Below are positions 48,914-61,023 of a stretch of DNA of 64,000 nt, piece by piece. Position numbers and translations under genes: made by a program. The DNA is from Penicillus capitatus (Eukaryota; Plantae; Chlorophyta): NCBI GenBank assembly GCA_965649825.1, contig OZ287702.1, forward strand, positions 858,786 to 922,785, read 5' to 3'. Every line of letters begins with the position of its first letter. Position 1 is the stretch's first letter. Below the pieces are notes generated by a model that was not told the DNA's origin, made no database searches, and saw only the letters and a list, made by a program, of their open reading frames with translations.

Positions 48914-51900
48914 TCAGATGCCAACGTTTCCTTTCTGTTTGGGATCGATCGATGAATGCCGCGGCTCGTTTTGCGATTCGGACATGATTCTGTTGTAGAT
49001 CGATCTTCGACCGCAAGACTTGGATGGCTCACGTCGATGTTGCCTAGACCATTGCGTAAAGGCATTTTTAAAAGCGCTGTGAGAAACGAAAGGCGCACTC
49101 AGGGGCAACGGACGCTTTGTTCGAGATGTTTGGCGATGTGCCGAGACGCTTGAGTGTTGGATTCAGCAAGGACTCGCCGTATCCTGCCGCGACATAGCCC
49201 TCCACCATCTTCAGAAACTCTCTCCCCAGTTCCGGCATTTCGTCGAGAATGGTATCGAGATCGGCGCGGGAAAGGGAATAGAGTTCACAGTAATCTTCAG
49301 CAACGACTGTCGCTGTTCGGTACTCCCCTGAACCACGGTGCACAGAGATCATCATCACATACTGAGAGAGAAAGACGTCTTACCCAGCAAACAGCTGTAC
49401 TCGCCAAAGTACTCGCCTTTCTTCAGCTTGCCGATCTTCTTGTAGCTGTCCGATGTGCCAAAGAGACTGACACAACGCCACGCGTTTTCCAGATCCATTG
49501 TGTTCGGATGGCCCTGATCCGTGTTGGTCGGATGCATTCCGCCGCCAATTTCGCTCGCTTTCATGGACTGAACCTTTTTTTCTGCGTAGACGGCGGGTTC
49601 CGCCTCGGTGCTGCTTTCGTAGTAGATCCGCACTTCGAGATGGCCATGTGCCACAAAGTACATCACATCTCCTGGATCACCCTGTCGAATGACCACCTCT
49701 CCCTACAGAACGATGCTTCGACGAGCAACACGGAGCGAGGCGTACAGGTCCATAGTATTCCAATCTGAGCAACGGCACAATGCGCACAATGAACTGCGGA
49801 TCTTTGCCTTTAAAGAAGGGCACGCCGCCCAAGATATCTCGATAGAGATAAAGAATCAATTCCGTTCGCAAAGGCAACGAGAGCTCTGTATGCAATGGAG
49901 CCTCGAATCGGCGGCGGCGGTATGGAACGAACCATTGATGATGGAGGTTTCGTCGACGACGATCTGCCGAGAGAGAATATGATGAAAGAATATTCGAACA
50001 CGATCGGCAAGATGCGTCGGGACTTTGCGCTTCTTTAAGAAATCTTCCATGGCCTGCACGGAATGCATCCCTGACAGAAAACGCCTTGATTCTGTCAACC
50101 ATAGTTCTTTTGGTGATACGCGTGTTGGCATTGTTGAGTGAGGACATCATGGATGACATAGAGCCCATGAAATAGGCAAAGACGGTGACACCAATAACCA
50201 TTCCTGAACCGAGGAAAGCTTCGAAGAAAGGGATCATGTGTGAGAGGGTGTGACCGATCATGGACATGATCTTCTCGTTCGAATTGCCAGGAATAACGTC
50301 TCCGTATCCCACCGTTGTCAGCGTCGACATCGACCAGTACAGCGCCGTGACGTACTTGTCGAAATTCGGCGCCAGTTGCAAGCCGCTGATACCGACCCAC
50401 GTATCCTGCAGGTCAACGTCGTTCAAGAGCAGCAAATGAAGATGTGAGGACGGGGAGTGACTTACTGGATCAAATCCTTCGAGATAGGAAGAGTAGTAGA
50501 AGAAACAGGCGCAGAGATGCGTCACTAGGATCGCCGCCGACATGAAGGTCACCAGTCTTAGAACGCCTTTGTTGAACATCGTCTCCAGATGTCTCAACTG
50601 CGTAGGGATTTTGACAATTCGCAGCATCTTTACGATCTTGAACAGCCGCACGATCTTCACAATCTTGACGACTCGCGTCGCCTATGCATAGATACACGAT
50701 CCCTCATCTCCATCATCACTGCGTCTGATTGCCTTGAAGAGTTTAAAGAATCCGAGTGACTTGTTGGTGACGATCTCGTCAAAGGGAATGATGGAGATCA
50801 CGTCGATGATCAGCCATGACTTGGCATAGTTCCGAGCGATCTCCTGTCGATCGATCACGGGACGATTGTTATCGTCTACGAACAGACATAGCGTCACGAT
50901 CCAAGCATGAGCAAACCATGCTCTATCCGTCCTTACCCACATAGGCCGTGCGAAAATTGAGTAAGATATCGAGACCAAAGGAAAGATTGATGAGCAGCTC
51001 GAATACCCCCAACGTCGACGTGGCTGAGAATTCGATACCGAAGCAAATAATGTACGGAGAGACGATGCAGATGTAAGCAAAGAGCAGCAGCATATAGAGA
51101 TCCCAGCGCGTGCGAAAAGTACTCGATGGATAGATGATGTCCCACAGGATCACCTGCTCACAACGAAAGAACCTCTCAGTGCGTTTGAGCAGAGACGACG
51201 GAAGACGCACGCGGCATGGGCGACAGAAAGGAGCCCAGACAGATTCTTCCGTCGATCTTTCCGATTCCGTCTCGCTGCAGGACGACGAATCTGTGGACCC
51301 ACTGCACACAGACAGGTCTCGTCGATCGCGACGTCTTTGCAGCTGGACGTACTGTCGAGCCTTTATCGATCCACTCGAACGTCTCGATGGCATGTCCATT
51401 CTGGACTGCACCACGACGGATGACAGACCCGACTCGTCATCGCTCTCCTCTGAAACGACGCGCGTTGATTTAGAGGTCACGATGTCGAGAGGCGGCGCGA
51501 TATACGGTCGAGGATGGGTTTGGCCATGATGCTGGGCGGCGGTACAAGGCGATCTTCGATTCCTTCGGCTATCGGTCTCGGAGTCGTCGTCGTCGTGCGA
51601 TTCTTGCGATGATGTTTTGCCCGAGGTGGTTCCGATTCGTGTTTCCACGACTCGATCGCCGGATCTTCCTCAGGCAACAATGAACACAGACAGAATGCCT
51701 TCCACCACTGCGTCGATCCGTTTTCCTCATCGACCTGCGTGTCCTCCGTCTCCAACGGCTGCGTCACTTTAAAGTCGTAGCAGGTGAGTTTGATCAGATC
51801 CGAAGCCGCCGCGTCTTTGTTGCGCGTTTCGTTTTCTGCCGACTTAAAAGTATACCGCGTCTTTTCCATATCGCCATATCGCTGCTTCAGTTTTGTATAC

Positions 51901-52271
51901 AGTGAAGTGCATTCCGCTTTGCGCTGCAAGGCCAAAACCTCCGTTCCCTATTGTCCGTCGACGCTGTCCACAAGTGAAGATTCGAATGGAGGGTATCGAC
52001 ACCTCCGCGATGGGCGCATTGGACGCGAGGCGGCGCATGATTTCATCGTGGTTATCGACGATCAGCGTCTTTAGGCTGCGAAGATCGTCATCGAGCTTTT
52101 GGCGCAGTTCGCCGACGGTGTTTTCCAATCTGTAGGCGACAGCGATCGAGTATAAGCAGCAAATCTGTCGGTCTCTTGCTGTTGGATGCGAGGATCGACG
52201 TCAGATGTCGTGATCTCTATCGGTGCCTCGTCGTCGGCCATGGCGTTGACGTCCCCAGAGAATGACGTCAT
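48914..52271 (-). CDS. Cyclic-nucleotide-binding-domain K+ channel (6TM, GYGD filter)
   Basis: [43 protein letters not shown], Arg/Lys-rich S4, [56 protein letters not shown]. Start codon uncertain (52271 or 52241). Confidence 0.9.
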
Positions 52272-52274
52272 TCT
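52259..52274. promoter_or_regulatory. Perfect 16-bp palindrome agaatgacgtcattct (CRE-type TGACGTCA core) at the K-channel/GUF1 head-to-head junction
   Basis: The palindrome is seen directly; a regulatory role is inference. Confidence 0.4.
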
Positions 52275-54457
52275 GCCTCGCAATGACGATCTGCGCAACG
52301 CATCGAAGGTATGCGCTCCTGTCGTCTGTTTTGCGTTTCGCACAGACGTCGCTGCGATCATTGGCGAGTGACGCTTCGAAGGAAGCTTCGACAAAACTGC
52401 GGGAAACGAAAGAGCATCTCCGCGACGCATGTTTTGCCCCGGATCACATTCGCAATTTCTCCATCATCGCTCACGTGGACCACGGAAAATCGACACTGGC
52501 GGATCGACTGATGGAGATGACGGGTGCGATACGACTGAGACAAAAGGAGCAGTACCTCGATAAACTTCAGGTCGAACGGGAGAGGGGCATCACCGTCAAG
52601 GTCTGTGCATCCCTTGGTATCCATCTCAAGTGATGCCCATGGGTTTTCAGGCTCAGAGTGTATCTTTGGTCTACCAATACCAAGGCACAGACTATCTACT
52701 GAACTTGATCGATACGCCTGGGCATGTGGACTTCAGCTACGAAGTCAGTCGATCCATAGCGGCCTGTCAAGGAGCCATTTTGCTCGTGGATGCGACTCAA
52801 GGCATTCAAGCCCAGACGGTCGCGAATTTTCATTTGGCCTTTGATCAAGGACTGGATATCGTTCCCGTGATCAATAAGATCGATATGGAGGCAGCGAACC
52901 CCAAAGAAGTAGCCAATCAACTGCACGATGCTTTTGCCATTATGCGAGATGAAGTGCTTCTGATTTCGGCCAAGACGGGTCAGGGTGTCCAACGGGTCCT
53001 GGACAAGGTCGTTGAGTGAGACATCTCTCATCGAGGAAGCATTAGGGATCATGCTGACAGGGGAATTGCTCCTCCGAGTGGAGACATTCATGGAAAGCTG
53101 CGCATTCTGCTGTTCGATGCCTATCATGATGAGTACAGAGGTGTCATCTGTTTAGTCGAGGTCATCGACGGCACCCTTCAGAAGGGCATGCGTGTGACAT
53201 CTATCGCATCGGGCGAATCGCACGATGTCTTAGAAGTAGAAACTGTTGAAGGTAGGTGATGGTGAGAGCTTTTGGGCATAGGTTGGTATGTTGTCTCCTG
53301 AGCCCATACCCAGAGAACAGCTGTTAACAGGACAGGTGGGATATGTCATCGCTTCCGGTATGAAATCGACACGGTCTGCTCAAATCGGAGATACGCTTCA
53401 TCTCCACGACACACCGGTAGATCCGCTTCCTGGCTTCGCTGCGACGAAGTGCAACGTCTTCTCCGGTGTCTACCCAACGGACTCAGACGACTTTGAACTG
53501 CTGCAATCTGTTTGTCTTTCCTTTGTCTCTGCGGCAAAGGATCTCTTTGCGTGCAGGCGGTGGACCGTCTGAAGCTGAATGATGCAAGTGTGACGATGCG
53601 AAAAGAAAGCAGTGTGGCATTGGGATACGGTTTTCGATGTGGATTCCTGGGAATGCTGCATCTCGATGTGTTCTGTGATCGACTGTCACAGGAATACGGC
53701 GTCGATGTGATCGTCACAACTCCTACCGTTCCGTATAGAATCACACTGCCGAATGGAGAAGAACGGACGTTGCAGAATCCCTGCGATTTTCCATTAAATC
53801 AGAAAGTGAAGCGCGTGCAAGAGCCAACCGTCCGCGTCACCATCGTGGCCCCCGAGGAATACACAGGCGACGTTATGGAACTCTGTACGTCGAGGAGAGG
53901 GACAATGCATGATCACACACATCTGAGCGGAAACCGTGTCCTCTTTCGTTACACCATGGGATTCGCTGAACTGGCCGAAGATTTCTTCAGCGATCTAAAA
54001 TCGCTGACCAAAGGATACGCCAGTCTCGACTACCAGGAGGCCGAGTACAGAGATGCCGATCTGCAACGACTGGACATCATGGTGAATGGAAAACCGGTCG
54101 AGGCCTTTGCGCGAATCATCCACAAGTACCTCGCGATGCTGATCTGTCGAGAAGCTATTTTGATGTGACAGGGATCGAGTGGCCAGAGTTGGAAGACGCC
54201 TCTGTCAGAAACTGAAGAGCCTATTGGACAGGCAACAATTCGAAATTGCGATTCAAGCCTCGTCAAATGGCCGCATCATCTGCCGGGAGACGCTTTCGGC
54301 CCTGAGAAAGAATGTCTTGGCCAAATGCTACGGCGGAGATATCACCCGAAAGAAAAAGCTCCTCGAAAAGCAGAAAGAAGGCAAAAAGCGCATGAAATCG
54401 ATCGGCGTCGTACATCTGCCTCAAGGCGCGTTCCATGAAATCATAAAGCTGCGGTAA
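52262..54457 (+). CDS. GUF1: Translation factor GUF1/LepA (EF4), mitochondrial type
   Basis: [94 protein letters not shown]. Confidence 0.96.
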
Positions 54458-54604
54458 CGTCGGATGGTCGGTTGGCGATACATCTACGCGGAAGAGGCTC
54501 ATGCCTATTCGCCGTACATTCGTGAAGGCCCTTTTTCGGCGCGATTGGCCGTTTTTGTGTAAGCAGCTTGTGTTCCTTTCGGGTATTCTTTTTGCCGTGG
54601 ACGG

Positions 54605-55421
54605 ATGGAGTCTCTCGCGAAGTGCAGCGTCCAAGGTTCCCGTCCAGAATTCTGCCTCCAGCCCAGAACAGTGCATTCGAAAGAGGCACGACTGCGCATG
54701 AAAGATGTGCGTTCGTTCTTTGTGCGTCTCTCTACCCAAGAGAGCAAACAAAGCGCATCGGGTGCGAAATCCCTCGCGCCGCCTTTGCGTCTGAAACAGA
54801 CAGCGACCAAGGCGCCATCGTCTGAATTGTCCATTTCGACGCAGCTTCGAAACCAGCGCATGACTGAGCGACGTCTGCAGTTGGGCCGCTCTGTCGATGC
54901 ACTTCGCGAGTATTTTCCCCACTTGTTGGTCACACCATGGCCACAGGAATTGCTTTCGGACGAGGTCGTCCTCAAAGAAACGATCTCACCGCACTTCAGT
55001 CTGAAGCCATTCAACGCATACGGAAAACGAAACTACAACAGACACATGTGGTTTGTGCGCCTCTACGCCTCGCTCTTTTGCAGAGAGACCAAAGTAAGAC
55101 GCATCATCATTGTGATTGGAACTGGTCCCTATCTGATGTGCTGTGTTGGGCGGCTGTCAGGTGCAGGTAATGCGGTTTTGGCAGCCGAGCAGAGAGATCG
55201 TCATCATTCGATGGAGCATGAAATTTCGCCCACGCGTCTTTCACAGCATCTACGGCACGACTTTGCAGATGGATGGCGTTTCGGAGATCAAACTGGATCG
55301 CCAAGGACGTATCTATCAGCATCAGGTGGATGTGACCGACCGACACAAAGTCAAGTTTGATTTGGAGTTCCAGCGTTTCGCTCAGAACGTCCTCTGCGAA
55401 GCAACAGTTGCCGTGGGATGA
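54605..55421 (+). CDS. DUF2358/SnoaL-like (NTF2-fold) protein, full copy; one intron
   Basis: LREYFPHLL..GKRNY..VRLYASLF|VQVMRFWQP..IRWSMKFRPR..MDGVSEIKLDRQGRIYQHQVD fits the DUF2358 pattern. Confidence 0.68.
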
Positions 55422-55570
55422 TGACAGTGCTCAACGGACCAACAATCTATTGTCCGTTGAGGCATGATCGCCTTTGAACGGACGGCAGTGTGTATCTGCT
55501 GATGTGACGGATTGTATCTGTACATGTACCACACACCTTCGATTCACCAGAGCACGAAATCTTGGACAAG

Positions 55571-55815
55571 ATGTCAAATGCCGTTCGCATCACTTGTGCC
55601 CGAGTGCAGACGCGATCGCGTCACGTAGCTATCTCGCTAGAAGGTCCTCCTGCCCGAAAGCAACGCCTTCTTGAAGGACGGTCGATCGCGGTAGGTGTAC
55701 GCACCTTCGTTCGGCGTTTCGATCGAGATCTGGTCGAGAGCATCTGCGCGAGGAAGAAGATCGACACGAGTGCGGATATCGAACGCTGACGAATGTTTCT
55801 ACTCGTGTTGTTGTG
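55571..55815 (+). pseudogene. QNG1 (queuosine salvage) 5' fragment, interrupted in intron 2
   Basis: Nearly identical to 59113-59350; stops abruptly at the inserted inverted block. Confidence 0.85.
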
Positions 55816-56145
55816 CTTGATCGAAACCCGTCGAGGACGACGAGAATGCTCGAAATCCTGGCAGAGAGCCATTGCTCGATAACTGAGAGCCACAGGACTG
55901 AGATCCGATGGCAGACCTCTTGAGAAACGCACTTTTATAAAGGCCCAACCGACGGAGCCAATGCCGACAGCGCCGCCGAAGGCCCACCGACTGAAGTGTC
56001 TGTGTGATCCTCCTGGAGGTCTCGGGCGTCGTTTTCCGCCTCCTTTCGCCTCTTGTTGAGAACAGACAACGGGGAGCCACACCCGTCGCGGCTCGCTTCG
56101 TCGAGAAGCTGCCGAAACAGCTCTCTGTAACGGACCACAAAGCAT
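55816..56145 (-). pseudogene. Truncated, frameshifted 5' fragment of the PP2C gene
   Basis: Copy of 6715-7045 with a 1-bp deletion (caacgagg > caagagg, near 55920); no catalytic domain. Confidence 0.88.
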
Positions 56146-56210
56146 GACACGAACACCACGTATCAGCACCACTTTGGCAGACCCTAAGACGATCGATAAA
56201 ATGACGCATT

Positions 56211-56846
56211 GTGCATTCGATGATTTCCTTCCACGACGTTCTGCTTCGTCAAACAGATGTGGATCTGTTAAAGGGGCCATATTGGCTCAATGATCAACTC
56301 GTGGCCTTCTACTTTGAATACCTCACACATGAAGTCGTGCCGAATGCATCTCTTCGTTTTCTCCCGGGCGCCGCCGCCTTTCTGCTGAAGAATGGGACCG
56401 TGGAAGACGTGGACGTCTGCTTCGTCCGACCGTTAAAGCTCAAGCAGTGTGATGTCATTTTTATGGCCGTGAATGATAATCCAAATGTGACCCAAGCCGA
56501 AGGCGGAACGCACTGGAGTTTGCTCATCTGGGTGCGACAGGAATGTACGTTTGTGCACCTGGATTCGTATGGCGGCGTAAACAACGAGCCGGCAAGAGAT
56601 ACAGCAAAGAAGCTGCATGCCGTGTTGTCCACGGAGGGATCCATGAAGTTTGTTGCTCCCCTCGTCCCGCAGCAGACAAACGGCTCCGACTGTGCCCTCT
56701 ATCTACTCAAATTCGCACAGATCCTCGCCACAGATCTCACTCAGTGGAGTGCGTCCCGATTGAAGATTCTGAAATGTGTGACCCCCTTGAGCATCATCCA
56801 TTTTCGCAGAGAGCTACTCGACATCATCGAAAGCAAACGAAGCTAA
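56211..56846 (+). CDS. SENP8: SENP8/NEDP1 protease, second intact copy
   Basis: 211-aa ORF identical to copy 1 except SQLK>SRLK and FRKE>FRRE. Confidence 0.9.
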   Translation: MHSMISFHDVLLRQTDVDLLKGPYWLNDQLVAFYFEYLTHEVVPNASLRFLPGAAAFLLKNGTVEDVDVCFVRPLKLKQCDVIFMAVNDNPNVTQAEGGTHWSLLIWVRQECTFVHLDSYGGVNNEPARDTAKKLHAVLSTEGSMKFVAPLVPQQTNGSDCALYLLKFAQILATDLTQWSASRLKILKCVTPLSIIHFRRELLDIIESKRS

Positions 56847-57670
56847 TCGTGCTTAGTGACAAGTGTGTAAAATTTCCCGGCCTGTGTGGATTTCTCGTCC
56901 AGGAGTCCGAGTCCCATGAGGTCACGCAGATGGTATTTGATACCGAGTCTCGATTTTCGCAGTTCGCATTCGAAGAGTCGCGACTCTTTGATCTCGCGAT
57001 ATTTCTTTCGCTGGAACATTCTCAGCATTTCTTTGCGTCCCTCGATCAGACTCGTCACGAAGAAGCCGAGGCGTGGTGACCAGATATGCATGCTGTTCGA
57101 ACGGCCGCCGCCAGGTCGCACGTCATCTGTGATGAATCCCAGAGAATGCAACACACGAACGGCTTCCAACTCCCTCTCCGAATCGCCCGTCACTTCCATT
57201 GCCTCAAACAGCTGCTCTTGCGAGAGAAGAGGATCGCGGGTCTTGTCGAGAATGGCTTCTTTGAATCTATGCCCAGGAGAGATCCGATCACGTCGACAGG
57301 GGGTGCGATCTTGCTGACTTTAGGAGGATTTGGGATTCGCGAGGTGAACGGCTGTGAGCAATGGAGGTGATGTCTGCGTCGTGTTCGGTGCTGAGGAGAA
57401 TGGCGACGTCATTTCGGTTGGTCGGCAGCTGAAACAGACGAATCTTGCCGGACTGTCTCAGAGCATCGAGCTCCGCTTCCACAGTCGTTCTGTTCGGCAC
57501 CAATGTATAGATCTGCGTCTTCAGCATCACCGAGGCATATTCGAGAATCGCACATTCTTCGGTGAGCAATTCGAGGGCGAAGTAGGTATCTGTCGGCACA
57601 TTTGGGGGAATCCATCGATGTCCGGCGCCGCATCCGACGACGGTAATTTCATTTTGTCGGTTAGTTTCAT
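56843..57670 (-). CDS. STK19: STK19-like, copy 2; carries an upstream MKLTDKMKLPSSDAAPDIDGF segment one base out of frame
   Basis: Same exons as copy 1. ATGs at 57670 and 57652 would be in frame with one extra base in the G5 run at 57604-57608. Confidence 0.6.
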
Positions 57671-57678
57671 GTTACAGT

Positions 57679-58325
57679 GCACCTTCGTTCGGCGTTTCGA
57701 TCGAGATCAGGTCGAGAGCATCTGCGCGAGGAAGAAGATCGACACGAGTGCGGATATCGACCTTCGATGACTTATCGGTCTCGTGTTGTTGTGCTGCGCG
57801 ATTAGGTATACATTATATAGGAGACGAGTCAACGACGGCGCAGTATCTTCTCGTCTTTGACGCCATCAATTTTTGCTTCTGGCCCGGTGCGCATTCGGCC
57901 CGTCCGATCGAAGGGTGTCTGTCGAGAAACATCTCTCTTTACAGATTCGGAATTGGAGTACTGCCACCTGTCAACGGGATTACAGGTGAAAACGCCATAG
58001 GGATGCATTCTGTGCACACGGTCTCTCTCATCAGAAAACGCTCTCGGCCGATTCCGATGGCTTCAACGCAGAGACACTGAAGAGAGTGAAAGGTCATCTC
58101 TATCGAACAGAGGACACACTATAGGCTTTGCTGTTTCAGGATTAGATGTGCGAAGATGGTTGAATTGGCCTCGTGCTTTGCCTCTGGAGGACGAAAGAGC
58201 CAGGCTCCTGCGCGAAGTCTCCTGATCAGTGTCACGCATGTACAGACAGCCAACGGATTTCTTTTCAGGTGGGGCAAGGGTTGGACGCCTTTGAAGGACG
58301 TACCGAAAAACTCATCTGCGCCGCC
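57679..58325 (+). pseudogene. QNG1 internal fragment (exon 2 to the start of the last exon), more diverged
   Basis: DESTTAQYLLVFDAINFCFWP and related exons. Many substitutions relative to 59240-59894; ends at the gcgccgcc junction. Confidence 0.85.
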
Positions 58326-58963
58326 TTTGCGTCTGAAACAGACAGCGACCAAGGCACCATCGTCTGAATTGTCCATTTCGACGAAGCTTCGAAACCAGCG
58401 CATGACTGAGCGACGTCTGCAGTTGGGCCGCTCTGTCGATGCACTTCGCGAGTATTTTCCCCACTTGTTGGTCACACCATGGCCACAGGAATTGCTTTCG
58501 GACGAGGTCGTCCTCAAAGAAACGATCTCACCGCACTTCGGTCTGAAGCCATTCAACGCATACGGAAAACGAAACTACAACAGACGCATGTGGTTTGTGC
58601 GCCTCTACGCCTCGCTCTTTTGCAGAGAGACCAAAGTAAGACGCATCATCATTGTGATTGGAACTGGTCCCTATCTGATGTGCTGTGTTGGGCGGCTGTC
58701 AGGTGCAGGTAATGCGGTTTTGGCAGCCGAGCAGAGAGATCGTCATCATTCGATGGAGCATGAAATTTCGCCCACGCGTCTTTCACAGCATCTACGGCAC
58801 GACTTTGCAGATGGATGGCGTTTCGGAGATCAAACTGGATCGCCAAGGACGTATCTATCAGCATCAGGTGGATGTGACCGACCGACACAAAGTCAAGTTT
58901 GATTTGGAGTTCCAGCGTTTCGCTCAGAACGTCCTCTGCGAAGCAACAGTTGCCGTGGGATGA
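58318..58963 (+). pseudogene. 5'-truncated duplicate of the DUF2358 gene
   Basis: Near-identical to 54776-55421; lacks its own start. Confidence 0.82.
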
Positions 58964-59112
58964 TGACAGTGCACAACGGACCAACAATCTATTGTCCGTT
59001 GAGGCATGATCGCCTTTGAACGGACGGCAGTGTGTATCTGCTGATGTGACGGATTCTATCTGTACATGTACCACACACCTTCGATTCACCAGAGCACGAA
59101 ATCTTGGACAAG

Positions 59113-60419
59113 ATGTCAAATGCCGTTCGCATCACTTGTGCCCGAGTGCAGACGCGATCGCGTCACGTAGCTATCTCGCTAGAAGGTCCTCCTGCCCGAA
59201 AGCAACGCCTTCTTGAAGGACGGTCGATCGCGGTAGGTGTACGCACCTTCGTTCGGCGTTTCGATCGAGATCTGGTCGAGAGCATCTGCGCGAGGAAGAG
59301 GATCGACACGAGTGCAGATATCGAACGCTAACGAATGTTTCTACTCGTGTTGTGTTGTGCGATTAGGTATACATTATATGGGAGACGAGTCAACGACGGC
59401 GCAGTATCTTCTCGTCCTCGACGCCATCAATTTTTGCTTCTGGCCCGGTCGGTGCGCACTCTGCCCGTCCGATCGAAGGGTGTCTGTCGAGAAGAATCTC
59501 TCTTTGCAGATTCGGGATTAGAATACCATCACCTGTCAACTGGATTACAAGTGAAAACGCCATAGGGATGCATTCTGTGCACATGGTCTCTCTCATTAGA
59601 AAACCCTTTCGGCCGATTCCGGTGCCTTCAACGCAGAGAGACTGAAGAGAGTGAAAGGTCATCTCTATCGAACAGAGGACACACTATAGGCTTTGCTGTT
59701 TCAGGATTAGATGTGCGAAGATGGTTGAATTGGCCTCGTGCTTTGCCTCTGGAGGACGAAAGAGCCAGGCTCCTGCGCGAAGTCCCCTCCCTGATCAGTG
59801 TCACGCATGTAGAGACAGCCACCGGATTTCTATTTAGGTGGGGCAGGGGTTGGACGCCTTTGAAGGACGTGCTGAAAAACTTATCCGCGCCGCCAACAGA
59901 TCAGCGATGCAGCTTGTGTCGCTCGTGACTTGTCATTTCCCCGGATTCCGAGATCACGCGGTCTATCACGGGGAGCAGGTTTTTCTGCACAAACGTGCCC
60001 AGATCTTCGTGGGCGATGTTTGGGGGAGCTTTGGAGGAAAGGGTCTCGGTCAGTTTCATGACATTGACCAGTTGACAATGTTCCCAGACTACGCCGTTCC
60101 TCGTTACCTACAGCATCTCGATATTTTGCATTACTCGAATGAATTACAGCAACAGGTCGCGCAATCAGACGACGCATCACAAGACATCAATGTGTTGCAG
60201 ATCACAGAAGGTCAAGAAGTGGAAGCTGGGACTGCTAAAGAAATTGAGATTCGCGCCGCCACTGTCATGGCAGTCGAACAAATAAGAGAAGCATTTCGCG
60301 AAGTTTATGGAGATACGTTAACGCCTTCGGCTGTACAGCTCGATTGGTGGTTGTGGGAGACTGCTGCAGAGCAGGAAATCAATCTTCCGCATCACTGTAC
60401 ATGGACGATGTTCTACTAA
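59113..60419 (+). CDS. QNG1: Queuosine 5'-phosphate N-glycosylase/hydrolase (Q salvage; DUF2419/C9orf64), intact copy
   Basis: AQYLLVLDAINFCFWP, LPLEDERARLLREVG, HFPGFRDHAVY..LHKRAQIFVGDVW, LTMFPDY, EIEIRAAT, LDWWLW, HHCTWTMFY-stop. Exons join in frame. Confidence 0.92.
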
Positions 60420-61023
60420 CTGCACTTTCGCACCGAACAGACGTTTGTACATATAGAATACTGAGGAGACATGAGCGTGATCTTCAACGGTAGCTGAGGC
60501 AATTCAGGCAAAACGTGTTTGCTGTCAAAGGGATGGGATTGGAAACAACTATGAAAAGACAAAACAAGCTGCCCCGATAGCTACCACATCTGTGTAAATC
60601 TCGACCATATCTTCAAAAACACAAGTCAAGTAAGAATCAAAAGAACAACAGACACGGTGTCGTGAACAGCTCAGTGCACCAACTGACGTTCATTCACAGA
60701 AAGATAATGAACCCACTAGATTCAAAACGCACACTGTCATCATCTTCAACGTGAGCCGATCTGTAAACGTCGAGGGAGAACACATCAAGTATATATAGAG
60801 AGTCCATTGAATCCATAAGTCTGTTCGAACACCAATTCGATCCGTTGAGAAATTTGGTGTCCTTTTATTGACGCTACGTTGCCAACTGACAGACAGGAGC
60901 CATCATACGTCTCAACACAGCAAGAGTTCCTAGTTGTCAGAGACAGACACGTGGGATCAGCGCGCCAGTTTGCGGTCTAGTCAGGAAGGAAGTCAGTTGA
61001 GTGACTAGTCTACAATGGCCCCC

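Larger units (their letters stand above)
55816..57605. repeat. Segmental duplication, copy 2 (inverted copy of 5255-7045)
   Basis: Reverse complement of 5255-7045. Confidence 0.95.

Noticed and set aside
58156-58902. 248-aa ORF across the duplication junction as a new chimeric gene
   Set aside because: Its N-terminus reads QNG1 intron/exon sequence out of frame; in the QNG1 frame the fusion stops at 58367.
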